Below, piece after piece: positions 48,047 through 57,755 of a stretch of DNA of 64,000 nucleotides (its first letter is position 1; every line of letters starts with the position of its first letter). The position numbers and the translations under genes are program-made. The notes beneath the pieces were generated by a model. It was not told where the DNA came from. It did not search any database and was given only the letters and a program-made list of their open reading frames with translations. This DNA is from Oxalobacteraceae bacterium UBA6018 (GTDB lineage: Bacteria; Pseudomonadota; Gammaproteobacteria; Burkholderiales; Burkholderiaceae_D): the NCBI GenBank assembly GCA_002428015.1, contig DIZW01000042.1, positions 222 through 64,221 of the forward strand. The letters are read 5' to 3'.

Positions 48047-50044
48047 TCAGTTGTCCATTCTAGCAGCGCCATCGGCGTGCGGCGGCTGCACCGCCAGGTA
48101 CACGGTGCTCCACAGCTGGGCCGCGTTCGATTCGTCGGCGGTGGCGCAGCCCGGGCCGAAGGCGCGCGTCTCGTAGGCGCCCTCGTGCCAGCGCCAGGAC
48201 CACAGCTCCGAGTTGCCGCGCGCCTGGGTGGCCGCGATCGTCGGCCACAAAAGCGCTTCGGCGGCGGCCAGCATCGCCTGCGTGCTCGCCGGCAGGTCGC
48301 GGCGTTGGCGTTGGCGCGCCAGGCCGGCCGCCAGCAGCGCCTGCTGCCAGGACCAGATGACGGCGCCATGGTAGCGGTCCGGGCCGAACATGGGGCGCAC
48401 CGCGTCGCCGGCGTAGGCGCCGTTGGCCACCAGCAGGCCCACGCCGGTCATCAGGCCGGCCGGGAAGGGGCGCATGATGGCGCCCAGTTCCTCCTCGATC
48501 ATGTCCGCCGGCGGCGCCTGCAGCATCAGGGCGAAGCCGAAGTCCGAGTGCATCACGGGAATCGGTGTTCCGTCCGCGTCGAGCGCGATGGCGTAAAACC
48601 GCAGCGGGGCCGGCGCCAGACTGGCCAGGGCCGCGGCCGGGTCCAGCGCGGTTTCGGCGGCATGGACCCGCACGGCCTGGCTGGCCTGGCCGGGATCGCG
48701 CTCGACCTGGAAGTAGGCCGGCGCGTGCGCTTCCCAGGTGCTGGCCATGGCGCCCGCGTCGGCGCGCCCGCGCACGGTGTACGGCACCAGCAAGCCGCTG
48801 TCGGCCAGGGCGGCGATGGCGCGCAGGGCCGCCGGGACCAGCACCGCGTTGACGTTGTACGAGACCGTGCCGCCACCGAGGCCGTCGGCGCTGTCGCGCC
48901 AGTCGCCGGTCACCTGGCCCGCTTTCAGGTGGATCAGGGTGTCGACGCCGGGCTGGCGTGCGAACGGCGTGGCGCGCTCGATGACCAGCTTGAGGTTCCT
49001 GGCCAGGGCCGCGCCGCAGCTCAGGTCCGTGCCGGTGGGCCGGGCCAGGAAGGCCGCGGCGCGGGTGCGGTCCGCGTCCGGCCCGAGCAGGTAGGCGGCG
49101 GCGACCGGCGCGAGCATGAAGTCGTCGTCGACCATCTTGTAGTCGTAGCTTGGGGCGCCGCCGGCGCTGCCGTGCAGCACCGCCCATTCGCCGATGTCCT
49201 CCTCATGGGCGACCGCGCCGTGCGGGTCCAGGCGCGCCAGCACGGCGGCCAGGCCCGCCTCCACGGCCTGCGCGGTCAGGGCCGGCATCAGCAGCAGCAG
49301 CGACATCAGGGTGTCGCGGCCGAAGTAGGTGTTGAAGCGCCAGGAGCCGGCCAGCAGCTTGTCTTCGTAGCTGAGGAAGGCCAGGCTCTGGCGCGCGCGC
49401 AGGCTGCCGGCGTCGCTCTGGCGCAGCAGGGCTGGGACGTTCATCGGCGTGAGCGGCGTTTCGCCGGTCAGCGCCACCAGGCGCAGGCGCAGGCGCTGGC
49501 CGGGTTCGGCGGCGAAGGTGATGCGACCATGCTGGTCGGTGGCGACGCTGCCCGCGATCACGTGCAGCTGGACGGCGTAGCCGGGCGCGCCGTCGACCCG
49601 GTCGCGCGACCAGCTGGCGTGGTGCGCGCCGAAGCCGACATGGTTGTGGGTGCCGGCCGGCAGGCGCGCGTCGATCTGGTAGTCGCGCAGGGCGCGCGCG
49701 CTGCCGAGCACGGCGGCGTGGACGGTCAGGCGGTCGCGGTCGACCTCGAACTCGGCCTCGATGCCGTACAGGGCGCGCCCGGCGGCGTCGCTGGCCTGCA
49801 CGGCGCGCATCGCGTACACCTGGCCCCACGTCAGGGGCGCGGCCTCGGGCGTGAACCACAGGCCGACTGCGCTATTGCCCGCGGGGAAGGCAACCAGTGC
49901 GCGCGCCGCCTCGCCCGAGGTGAGCAGCAGGTGGGCCGCGACGGGCCCCTGGCGCAGGAATTCGTTGTCGACTTGCCCTTCGGCGATCGAGAAACGCAGC
50001 AGCGGCGTGGCGGGGTCGTCTTGCAACGGTAAAATCTGTTTCAT
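48047..50044 (-). CDS. Putative cytoplasmic glycoside hydrolase (amylo-alpha-1,6-glucosidase / six-hairpin type)
   Basis: LLAGSWRFNTYFGRDT, AHEEDIGE, GDWRDS, YHGAVIWSWQQ, SNAAQLWS; no signal peptide; start ATG 50044. Confidence 0.65.
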   Translation of the reverse strand: MKQILPLQDDPATPLLRFSIAEGQVDNEFLRQGPVAAHLLLTSGEAARALVAFPAGNSAVGLWFTPEAAPLTWGQVYAMRAVQASDAAGRALYGIEAEFEVDRDRLTVHAAVLGSARALRDYQIDARLPAGTHNHVGFGAHHASWSRDRVDGAPGYAVQLHVIAGSVATDQHGRITFAAEPGQRLRLRLVALTGETPLTPMNVPALLRQSDAGSLRARQSLAFLSYEDKLLAGSWRFNTYFGRDTLMSLLLLMPALTAQAVEAGLAAVLARLDPHGAVAHEEDIGEWAVLHGSAGGAPSYDYKMVDDDFMLAPVAAAYLLGPDADRTRAAAFLARPTGTDLSCGAALARNLKLVIERATPFARQPGVDTLIHLKAGQVTGDWRDSADGLGGGTVSYNVNAVLVPAALRAIAALADSGLLVPYTVRGRADAGAMASTWEAHAPAYFQVERDPGQASQAVRVHAAETALDPAAALASLAPAPLRFYAIALDADGTPIPVMHSDFGFALMLQAPPADMIEEELGAIMRPFPAGLMTGVGLLVANGAYAGDAVRPMFGPDRYHGAVIWSWQQALLAAGLARQRQRRDLPASTQAMLAAAEALLWPTIAATQARGNSELWSWRWHEGAYETRAFGPGCATADESNAAQLWSTVYLAVQPPHADGAARMDN

Positions 50045-50063
50045 TGATACATTCCAGGACGAT
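50042..50063 (-). repeat. Copy 1 of a 22-nt translation-initiation repeat ATCGT(C/T)CTGGAA(T/C)GTATCAATG
   Basis: 20/22 identical to 52278-52299; ends in the start codon. Confidence 0.75.
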
Positions 50064-50177
50064 GATGGAAAAGCTGGCCGGCGCCGGGCGCCGACCTGGA
50101 TGGGCAACATGAGGGACAAGCGGCGCGGCGGCCTGCCGTGGCGCGACGCTGGCCAATGTTGGGAGCCGAAGCGTGGA

Positions 50178-52280
50178 TCACTGTACGACGTAGTCCTGGC
50201 GCGCCGGGCCGACGCCGCGCAGCTCGATCCGTTTCAGCCCGGTGGGCAGCTTGACCGCGCCCTGGCTGATGCCATCGTCGCCGATACGCAGGCCGCCCAA
50301 ACCGAACAGCAAGGCCTGCAGGGCGCCGCCGGCCCCGGTGACGAAGTAGGGATTGCTGCCGCCGGCCGTCTCGGCCAGGACCCCGAACGGCGCCAGCTCG
50401 TTGGGCTGGTAGCTGCGCTTGAACAGGGCCCAGGCCTGGTCGGGCTGGCCGATGCGGGCGTACAGGGTGGCCAGGATGGCGTGCGACATGGCCGGGCCGT
50501 CCGGCGCCAGGCGACCCTCGTAGTAGGCCAGGTCCTGGGCGATGCGGCGCGGGTCGCGCACGATGTCGAGCGGGTAGGCCAGCAGGTTGGCGTCGGCCTG
50601 CTTGATGGGCACGCCGTCGTAGCTGGCGTTTTCACGCGTGGTGCCGTCGGCGAAGCGCAGGATGGGGATGTTGGCCGCCACCACGGCCCAGTCCGGGTCC
50701 GGCGCCAGGCCCAGCTCGCGCGCGGCCTGGGTGGCATAGCCGAGCACGGTGATGGCCATGCCGTTGGTGAAGGCGTTGTTGTCGATGTTCTCCTGCCACT
50801 CGTTGGCGCCGATCACGTTGTCGATGTCGAAGTGGCCGGGGCCGCGCCGCGTCACCCGGCTGGCCCAGAAATCGGCCACGTCCTTGAGCACGGGGTAGCC
50901 GCGCTCGCGCAGCCAGGTCTTGTCGTGGGTCACCTGGTAGTACTTCCAGAAGGCCCAGCCCACGTCGCCCGTGATGTGCTGCTGGAACGGACCGGTCAGG
51001 GCCCACACCGGGGTCGTCTCCTGGCCCTCGCTGGCCGATTCCCACGGGAACATGGCGCCGCGGTAGCCGTGGCTGAAGGCGTTCTGGCGCGCCGCGCCCA
51101 GGCGTGCGTAGCGGTATTCGAGCAGGGATTTGGCCAGCTCGGGATGCAGGGCCAGCAGCGGCGGATACATCCATAGTTCGCTGTCCCAGAACACGTGGCC
51201 GTTGTAGCCCAGGCCGGACAGGCCCATCGGCGACAGGCTGTAGGCGGTGCCTTCACGCGCGAACGAGTACAGGTGGTACAGGGCCAGGCGCACCTCGCGC
51301 TGGACCCGCTCGTCGCCGGCGATGACGATGTCGCCCCGCCACAGCGCGGCCCAGGCCGCGGCGTGGTCCTGCTGCAGGCGGGCGCGCCCCTGCAAGGCGG
51401 CGTAGATGGTCAGGCGCTCGGCCTCGTTGTGCGGGTCGGCCGTGTGGGCCGAGGAGATCACCGAGCCGACGACGGCAAAGCGGAAAGTCTCGCCGGCCTT
51501 GAGGCGGCGGCTGAACTTGGTCAGGTGGGTGTTGTAGTCCCAGTCCTCGTGCACCAGGGCCGGCCCGGCGCGCTCGTCGAACAGCAGGCTGACCGAGGCG
51601 GCCACGGTGTGCTTGCCCGTCGGGCTCTTGCCGACCGAGGTCATGAGGGGAATGCTGACGTGGGGGCGGTCGATGACGGCGTACAGGTTCTTCACTTCGC
51701 GCAGGATGTCCGGCGCCTCGATCACGGCGGCGGGGGTGACCAGCACATCCTGGCGCGCCTGCAGTTCCACCGTGGCCAGGGCGCTAAAGGGCAGGTTGCG
51801 CAGGGCGGCGATGCTGTGGCGCACGTGCAGCTTGGCGCCCACGTCGAATTCGGTGACCAGGGTGGCCGTTTTCATGTCCAGGCGCTGGCGTAGGTTCGAC
51901 ACGCTGGCGGCGTCGGCGCGCCGTCCGTCGACGTCGAGCGTGATGTTCATGAAGTTGAAGCCCTTCAGGATGTTGTCGACCCGGCCGCGGCCGTAGTTGT
52001 CGAAGGCGCCGTTGAGCACCACCTCCGTGATCTTCATCGGTTCGGGCGAGGACACCAGGCCGATCATGCCGTTGGCGACGCTCACGCCGTGGTAGTGCGC
52101 CGGATCGATCTTGCTGGCCGTGATGGTCCAGTCGTCCTGGCCGGCGGCGCGGGCGAGGGCGCAGGCTCCCAGCAGCGCGAGCGCGGCGGCCGCGACGTGT
52201 TTGATGCCAATGCCGATGCCGATGCCGCTGGCGCGCTTGCGGGCCGCGGCTTGCTGATCCGGTGATATAAGCTGATCCAT
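50178..52280 (-). CDS. Secreted GH65 glycoside hydrolase (hydrolase type; kojibiose hydrolase / trehalase-like)
   Basis: Signal peptide; VANGMIG, GYNGHVFWDSELW, VIGANEW, IKQADANLL, PFGVLAET, FVTGAGG. Confidence 0.88.
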   Translation of the reverse strand: MDQLISPDQQAAARKRASGIGIGIGIKHVAAAALALLGACALARAAGQDDWTITASKIDPAHYHGVSVANGMIGLVSSPEPMKITEVVLNGAFDNYGRGRVDNILKGFNFMNITLDVDGRRADAASVSNLRQRLDMKTATLVTEFDVGAKLHVRHSIAALRNLPFSALATVELQARQDVLVTPAAVIEAPDILREVKNLYAVIDRPHVSIPLMTSVGKSPTGKHTVAASVSLLFDERAGPALVHEDWDYNTHLTKFSRRLKAGETFRFAVVGSVISSAHTADPHNEAERLTIYAALQGRARLQQDHAAAWAALWRGDIVIAGDERVQREVRLALYHLYSFAREGTAYSLSPMGLSGLGYNGHVFWDSELWMYPPLLALHPELAKSLLEYRYARLGAARQNAFSHGYRGAMFPWESASEGQETTPVWALTGPFQQHITGDVGWAFWKYYQVTHDKTWLRERGYPVLKDVADFWASRVTRRGPGHFDIDNVIGANEWQENIDNNAFTNGMAITVLGYATQAARELGLAPDPDWAVVAANIPILRFADGTTRENASYDGVPIKQADANLLAYPLDIVRDPRRIAQDLAYYEGRLAPDGPAMSHAILATLYARIGQPDQAWALFKRSYQPNELAPFGVLAETAGGSNPYFVTGAGGALQALLFGLGGLRIGDDGISQGAVKLPTGLKRIELRGVGPARQDYVVQ

Positions 52281-52299
52281 TGATACGTTCCAGAACGAT
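52278..52299 (-). repeat. Copy 2 of the 22-nt translation-initiation repeat
   Basis: ATCGTTCTGGAACGTATCAATG on the minus strand, ending at the GH65 ATG. Confidence 0.75.
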
Positions 52300-52307
52300 A
52301 AAAAGCC

Positions 52308-52337
52308 AAAAAAACCGGCTGACCCACGGCCAGCCGG
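52308..52337 (-). terminator. Rho-independent terminator between the TonB receptor and GH65
   Basis: CCGGCTG/CAGCCGG stem followed by T7 on the minus strand. Confidence 0.75.
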
Positions 52338-52352
52338 CAAAGGAGGTACTGT

Positions 52353-54848
52353 TTAGAACGACGCGGTGAGGCTGGCCTGCATGTTGCGCCCCAGGATAGA
52401 GCGGGCGAAGAAGTAGTTGCCCGCCAGTTCACTGAAGCTCGAACGGGGATTGCCCTCGGTCAGACCGATCGTGTTGGTCAGGTTCTGCACGCTCACGTTG
52501 AACGCCAGCTTGTCGTTGATCTGATAGCGCGCGCCCAGGTCGAAGGCGTGATACGCCGGCAGCACGATCGTGTTGCCGCCGTCGGCGTAGCGCTTGCCGA
52601 CCTGGTGGAAGCTGACGAACACCTCGCCCTTGTTGTCAGGCAACAGCAGGCTAGGCGTGACGGTGGCGTTGACCTCCGGCGAGCGCTCCGGCTTGCCGCC
52701 GATGCTGGACAGGTCCACCAGCGCGGCCGACGGGCCGGTCACGGAGTCGAAGTGGGTGCTGGCCTTCTGGAACACGCCGGTCGCCGTCACCTGGGCGAAC
52801 TTCACGGGACGCCACAACATATCGTATTCGACGCCGGTCACATTGATGCCGCCGTGGACCTTGGTGTCCAGCGTGTCGCCGGGGAACTGGCGGCTGTAGT
52901 TGAAGTTGTTGAAGTGGGTGCGGAACAAGGTCAGGCCGGTGGAGAAGCCGCGTTGCTTGTAGCGTGCGCCAATTTCCGTGAACGAGATCTTGGTCGGCTC
53001 CTCGCCGCCCTGTTCCTGGTAGCTTTGCGAGTAGCGTGCATAGCCGGCCAGGTAGTCGTTGAACAGGTAGTTGCCGCCGGCGGTGTAGGACGAATCGGTG
53101 CGCGCTTTCTTGGCGTCGACGCTGTAGTTGTCGAACACGTTCAGCTTGTTGTTGACCATGATGTTGTCGGCGTCGCTGCCATCCGGATTGAGCGCGCCTT
53201 CCGGCGTGATTTCCTTGCCGTTCGGGTTCCAGTTGGTGACCTTGGAGCGCTCCACGCGCACGCCGGCGTCCAGGCGCAGCTTGTCGTTGAACTTGAACTC
53301 GTCGTTCAGGTAGAGGTTGGTCGAGCTCAGCTGCTGCTTGCTCACGCCGGTGCCCCATGGCTGGTATTGCAGCACGCCCTGGCTGGTCAGCTGGCCGACC
53401 ACCTGGCCGGCCGGGTTGATGGCCACGATGTCCAGGCGCGAGGGATTGTTTCTCACCTCGCCGAGAAAGCGCATATTGCCGTCGCTGCTGTCCTGGCTGT
53501 CCTGGTGGATGGCCAGCATGCCGACCGTCATGCTGTTGTTGGGCAGGCTCCAGGTCAGGCTCACGTCGTTCATCAGCACTTGCTTGGCGTGCAGCTGGGA
53601 CGAGGACACGCTGTCGGCCACCAGGCCGTTGCCGCCCACGTTGGCCAGGCTCGCGCCGGTGTAGATGACGTGGCTGGCCACACCCTGCAGGGCGGCGCTG
53701 GCGCCCTTGAAGCGTGCCAGCATGGCGGCGACGTCGCTGTTCTTGCCCGGGTCCAGGCGGTCGGCGGCCGACACCAGGCTCGCGTTGTCATAAGTGAAGA
53801 TGGCGTTGAACTGGTTGTTGAAGTCGGTGTAGCGCCCCTTCGACCTGAACGTGACGTTGTCCATCACCTGCTTGTCGAAGGCGTAGCCGATGGCGGTGGC
53901 CTTGGTGTGGATGCCGTCGGTGGCGTTGTTGTCGCGCAGGCCGTTGGACGTGTGGCCGGCCTGGATCGCGTTGTCGAGGCTGATCATGGTGCCGTAGTTG
54001 CCGTCAAAGCCAGGAACGGCTTGCGGGTGGGACGGATTGAGGAAGGGCGTCGGCAGCAGGAAGGCGTTATGGTCGTCGATCACCTTGACATTGAGGTTGA
54101 ATTCGCCGTCGCTGAACTTGCGCCCGATGTAGGCGCGCAGCAGGCCGCCCTTGTCGGTGGTAAAGCCGGTGTTGCGCACGCCGTCGGAGGTGCGCATGTA
54201 GCCGCCGAAGCCGGCATACCAGCCGCCGCCGAGCGGGCCGCCGTAGCGGGCTTCGACCTTCTTGGTGCCATAGTCCGAGCCGGTCACGCGCAGCATGCCT
54301 TCGGCCTCGTCCTTGGCCTTGAAGGTCAGGAAGTTGACGGTGGCGCCGGCGCCGTTGGTGGTCAGGATGCCGGAGGTGCCGCCGCGTACCGCTTCCAGGC
54401 GGTCGATCGACAATTCCATGCGCACCATCTGGTCGGCGAAGCCGGCGCCGTAGAAGATCGGCAGGCCGTCTTCGGAGATCTGGATGAACGCCTGTCCGCC
54501 GCCGGCCAGGCCGCGCACGGAAAAGTTGTTCGATGCTTCGCCGCCCGAGTCCTCGACCATCACGCCAGGAATCAGTTCCAGGGCGGACGCCATGCTGCGC
54601 GGGGCCTTGCGGTCGAGGTCTTCGCGGTCGGCGACGGTCACCGCGACCGAGCTTTCGCGCACCGTACGCTTGAGCGAGGTGCTGCCGGTCACGACCACCT
54701 GGTTGAGTTTGTCTCCTGCAGTATCGCTCGTGGCAGCCGCGGCACCGTCGCTCGGGGCGGTCGCGCTATCGTCGGCGTGGGCCTGGTTGATCACCGTCAG
54801 CACGGCCAGCGTTATGGACGAGAGCAAATACTTCTTGTGGCTTTTCAT
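52353..54848 (-). CDS. TonB-dependent receptor (carbohydrate type, no STN domain)
   Basis: Signal peptide MKSHKKYLLSS..AHA, TonB box VVVTGS, plug LEAVRGG, C-terminal SLTASF. Confidence 0.93.
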   Translation of the reverse strand: MKSHKKYLLSSITLAVLTVINQAHADDSATAPSDGAAAATSDTAGDKLNQVVVTGSTSLKRTVRESSVAVTVADREDLDRKAPRSMASALELIPGVMVEDSGGEASNNFSVRGLAGGGQAFIQISEDGLPIFYGAGFADQMVRMELSIDRLEAVRGGTSGILTTNGAGATVNFLTFKAKDEAEGMLRVTGSDYGTKKVEARYGGPLGGGWYAGFGGYMRTSDGVRNTGFTTDKGGLLRAYIGRKFSDGEFNLNVKVIDDHNAFLLPTPFLNPSHPQAVPGFDGNYGTMISLDNAIQAGHTSNGLRDNNATDGIHTKATAIGYAFDKQVMDNVTFRSKGRYTDFNNQFNAIFTYDNASLVSAADRLDPGKNSDVAAMLARFKGASAALQGVASHVIYTGASLANVGGNGLVADSVSSSQLHAKQVLMNDVSLTWSLPNNSMTVGMLAIHQDSQDSSDGNMRFLGEVRNNPSRLDIVAINPAGQVVGQLTSQGVLQYQPWGTGVSKQQLSSTNLYLNDEFKFNDKLRLDAGVRVERSKVTNWNPNGKEITPEGALNPDGSDADNIMVNNKLNVFDNYSVDAKKARTDSSYTAGGNYLFNDYLAGYARYSQSYQEQGGEEPTKISFTEIGARYKQRGFSTGLTLFRTHFNNFNYSRQFPGDTLDTKVHGGINVTGVEYDMLWRPVKFAQVTATGVFQKASTHFDSVTGPSAALVDLSSIGGKPERSPEVNATVTPSLLLPDNKGEVFVSFHQVGKRYADGGNTIVLPAYHAFDLGARYQINDKLAFNVSVQNLTNTIGLTEGNPRSSFSELAGNYFFARSILGRNMQASLTASF

Positions 54849-54930
54849 GTGAACTCCGTTATAGATTTTATCAAGACTACCCGCCGCTCCGCGACATGTC
54901 ACGGAGTACTTCCAAACTATCAATGTGAAT

Positions 54931-54966
54931 GAACAACCGGTTGTTCTGTGTTGCGCAACCGGTTGC
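54931..54966. promoter_or_regulatory. Tandem LacI-type operators GAACAACCGGTTGTTC (54931-54946) and GCAACCGGTTGC (54955-54966)
   Basis: Perfect 16-bp and 12-bp palindromes sharing CAACCGGTTG, in the divergent receptor/halogenase spacer. Confidence 0.75.
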
Positions 54967-55105
54967 TCAACGTTAGAATTATGCTGCATATCAAAACGGA
55001 AAGCAACGACTTGAATGGAAGCACTGCAACATGTCGCATTTTTTCCAATTCGGCGGGCACGCCTCGTCGCTGTTCTATTAGTCGCAGTTCAACCTGGGAG
55101 CAAAC

Positions 55106-56608
55106 ATGAATGATCCGCGTATTGGCGACATCGTCATCGTCGGCGGCGGCACGGCCGGCTGGATGACGGCCGCCGCCCTGTCCAAGGCGCTCGGCGGCGC
55201 CTGCCGCATCCGCCTGATCGAGTCGGACGAGGTCGGCACCGTCGGGGTGGGCGAGGCGACGCTGCCCCATATCGCCCAGTTCAATGCCTTCCTCGGGATC
55301 GACGAGGACGACTTCGTCAGGAAAACCGGCGCCACCTTCAAGCTGGGCATTGAGTTCGTCGACTGGGACCGGATCGGCCAGCGCTACTTCCACAGCTTCG
55401 GCGCGATCGGGCGCGCGCGCGGCATGGTGCCCTTCTATCACTATTGGCTGCGCGCGGTCCAGGGCGGGGCCCAGCACGACCTGGCCGATTACTGCCTGAA
55501 CATGGCCGCCGCGAGAGACGGCAAGTTCATGCGCGCGGTGGACGCACCCGATTCGCCGTTCGCCACCCTGGCCCACGGTTTCCACTTCGACGCCGTCCTG
55601 TACGCGCGCTACCTGCGTGCCTATGCGGAGCGGGGCGGCGTGCTGCGCTGCGAGGGCAAGGTGGTCGACACGGTGCTGCGCGGCGCGGACGGCTTTATCG
55701 AAGCCGTGGTGCTGGAAGGCGGCGCGCGCGTCGGCGCGGACCTGTTCATCGACTGTTCCGGCTTTCGCGGCTTGTTGATCGAGCAGGCGCTGCACACCGG
55801 CTACGAGAGCTGGGACCACTGGCTCCCCTGCGACCGCGCCGTCGTGGCGCCCAGTGCGCTGGCCGACGCGCCGGCGCCCTACACGCGGGCGACGGCGCGC
55901 CCCGCCGGCTGGCAATGGCGCATCCCTTTGCAGCACAGGACCGGCAACGGCCACGTGTTTTCGAGCGCCTTCATGAGCGAGGATGAGGCCAGCGCCGTGC
56001 TGCTGGCGAACCTGGAGGGCGAGGCGCTGGGCGCTCCGCGCACGCTCAAGTTCGTCACCGGGCGGCGGCGCAAGGCGTGGAACCGCAACTGCTTCGCGAT
56101 CGGCCTGTCGAGCGGCTTCATGGAGCCGCTGGAATCGACCAGCATCCACATGATCCAGTCGAGCATCGCGCGTTTGCTGCAGTTTTTCCCCGACCGGCGC
56201 TTCCAGCAGCGCGATATCGACGAATGCAACGACCAGCTGGCGCGCGAAACCGAGCATATCCGCGATTTCCTGATCCTGCACTATAAGGCGGGCAGGCGAA
56301 CCGACTCGGCGTTCTGGAACCATTGCCGCCAGATGGAGATTCCCGCCACCCTGGCGCGGAAGATGGCCTTGTTCCAGACCCACGGACGCCTGGCGCGCGA
56401 AGCCGATGCGATGTTCGTCGAGGAGAACTGGCTGCACGTGATGGTGGGACAAGGCTTGCGGCCCGGCGGACACCACCCGCTCGCGCACTTGCTGGCGGCG
56501 CCAGAGCTGGAGGCGTTCATGGCCGACACGCGGGCCGTCGTCCGCGCCTGCGCGCAGGCGATGCCCACGCACGCCCAGTTCATCGCTGAGCATTGCCAGG
56601 CCAAATGA
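55106..56608 (+). CDS. Tryptophan halogenase-family flavoprotein
   Basis: GGGTAGW, GVGEAT, FIDCSGF, WQWRIPLQ, FMEPLESTSIH. Confidence 0.9.
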   Translation: MNDPRIGDIVIVGGGTAGWMTAAALSKALGGACRIRLIESDEVGTVGVGEATLPHIAQFNAFLGIDEDDFVRKTGATFKLGIEFVDWDRIGQRYFHSFGAIGRARGMVPFYHYWLRAVQGGAQHDLADYCLNMAAARDGKFMRAVDAPDSPFATLAHGFHFDAVLYARYLRAYAERGGVLRCEGKVVDTVLRGADGFIEAVVLEGGARVGADLFIDCSGFRGLLIEQALHTGYESWDHWLPCDRAVVAPSALADAPAPYTRATARPAGWQWRIPLQHRTGNGHVFSSAFMSEDEASAVLLANLEGEALGAPRTLKFVTGRRRKAWNRNCFAIGLSSGFMEPLESTSIHMIQSSIARLLQFFPDRRFQQRDIDECNDQLARETEHIRDFLILHYKAGRRTDSAFWNHCRQMEIPATLARKMALFQTHGRLAREADAMFVEENWLHVMVGQGLRPGGHHPLAHLLAAPELEAFMADTRAVVRACAQAMPTHAQFIAEHCQAK

Positions 56609-56750
56609 GGCCGGCAGGGGGAGGGCGACGGCCGCGCTGGCGGGGCGCCGCTTGCGCGCCGGTTCCATACCACTATGGCGTTTGCGCTATGATGCCGGGT
56701 TTGAGCAGCTAGCAACTGGCGCTCAGCCAGGCTGGCGGGGAAGGTGGGAA

Positions 56751-57713
56751 GTGAAGATAACGCTGGATCAATTGGCATTGAACCTGGGCCTGTCGAAGGG
56801 CACGGTGAGCCGCGCCATGAACGGCAAGGGCCGCATGTCCGAGGAAACGCGCACGCGCATCCTGGCCGCCATGCAGGAAGCCGGCTACACGCCCGATCCG
56901 ACCGCCCAGGAACTGAGCCGGCGCTCGGGCCACAGCATCGGCATCTCGCTCCAGCAGGGCGGCTTCGGCCCCTACTTCACGCTGTTCTGGCGTGCGCTGG
57001 TGCAGGTGACCAGTGAACGCGGCACCCGCTTCATCGAGATGAGCGAGCCGCTGGACAGCTACGCGCGCCTGCCCCACGCCGTCCTGCTGCACAACACCAT
57101 CGAAGTGCAGGAACGCCTGGCCCTGCTGGCGCGGCGCGGCGTGCCGGCGGTGGTGCTGGGGCATCAGCCTGACACGGCTTTCGTGGTGCCCGACGACGCC
57201 AACGGCGCGCGCGCCGCCACCGCCCACCTGCAGGCGCTCGGACACCGCGCCATCGCCTACGTCGGCATGGCCAGTTCGCAGCAGTCGGACCAGGACCGGC
57301 GCGCCGGCTACCGCGACGCCATGGCCGACATCGGCATCGGCGTGCGCGAGCAGTTCGAGCTCGATGGAGGGTTCACCGTGTTGGGAGGCTACCGCGCGGT
57401 GCGCCGCGCGTGGGAGGAGGGCGTGCGTTTCAGCGCGCTGTTCTGCGCCAGCGACGAAATGGCGGTCGGCGCCATCGGCGCGCTGGAGGATCTGGGCTTG
57501 AAGGTGCCGGACGATGTGTCGGTGGTCGGCTTCGACGGCCTGCCCGGGATGCCCTATGCCTTGACCACGGTGGTGCAGGATATCGGGCGCATCGCCGTGG
57601 AGGCCATTTCGCTGGCCGAGGCCTTGATCGATGGCGGCCCCAAGCGCGAGATCATCGTGCCGGTGACCTTGCGGGTGGGAGCGACGACGGCGCCGCCGCG
57701 GCACGCGCCATAG
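56751..57713 (+). CDS. LacI-family transcriptional regulator
   Basis: GTG start; ITLDQLALNLGLSKGTVSRAMN HTH; FCASDEMA, SVVGFDG. Confidence 0.93.
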   Translation: MKITLDQLALNLGLSKGTVSRAMNGKGRMSEETRTRILAAMQEAGYTPDPTAQELSRRSGHSIGISLQQGGFGPYFTLFWRALVQVTSERGTRFIEMSEPLDSYARLPHAVLLHNTIEVQERLALLARRGVPAVVLGHQPDTAFVVPDDANGARAATAHLQALGHRAIAYVGMASSQQSDQDRRAGYRDAMADIGIGVREQFELDGGFTVLGGYRAVRRAWEEGVRFSALFCASDEMAVGAIGALEDLGLKVPDDVSVVGFDGLPGMPYALTTVVQDIGRIAVEAISLAEALIDGGPKREIIVPVTLRVGATTAPPRHAP

Positions 57714-57755
57714 CAAGGGGCGGCGCGAAAGCGCTACCGGACGCCGTCAAACGTG

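Noticed and set aside
52204-52227. (ATGCCR)x4 hexamer repeat encoding GIGIGI in the GH65 leader
   Set aside because: In-frame and short, so no phase-variation effect is expected.
55106-56608. Halogenated natural-product gene cluster
   Set aside because: No NRPS, PKS, prn or reb genes and no flavin reductase nearby; the context is carbohydrate uptake.
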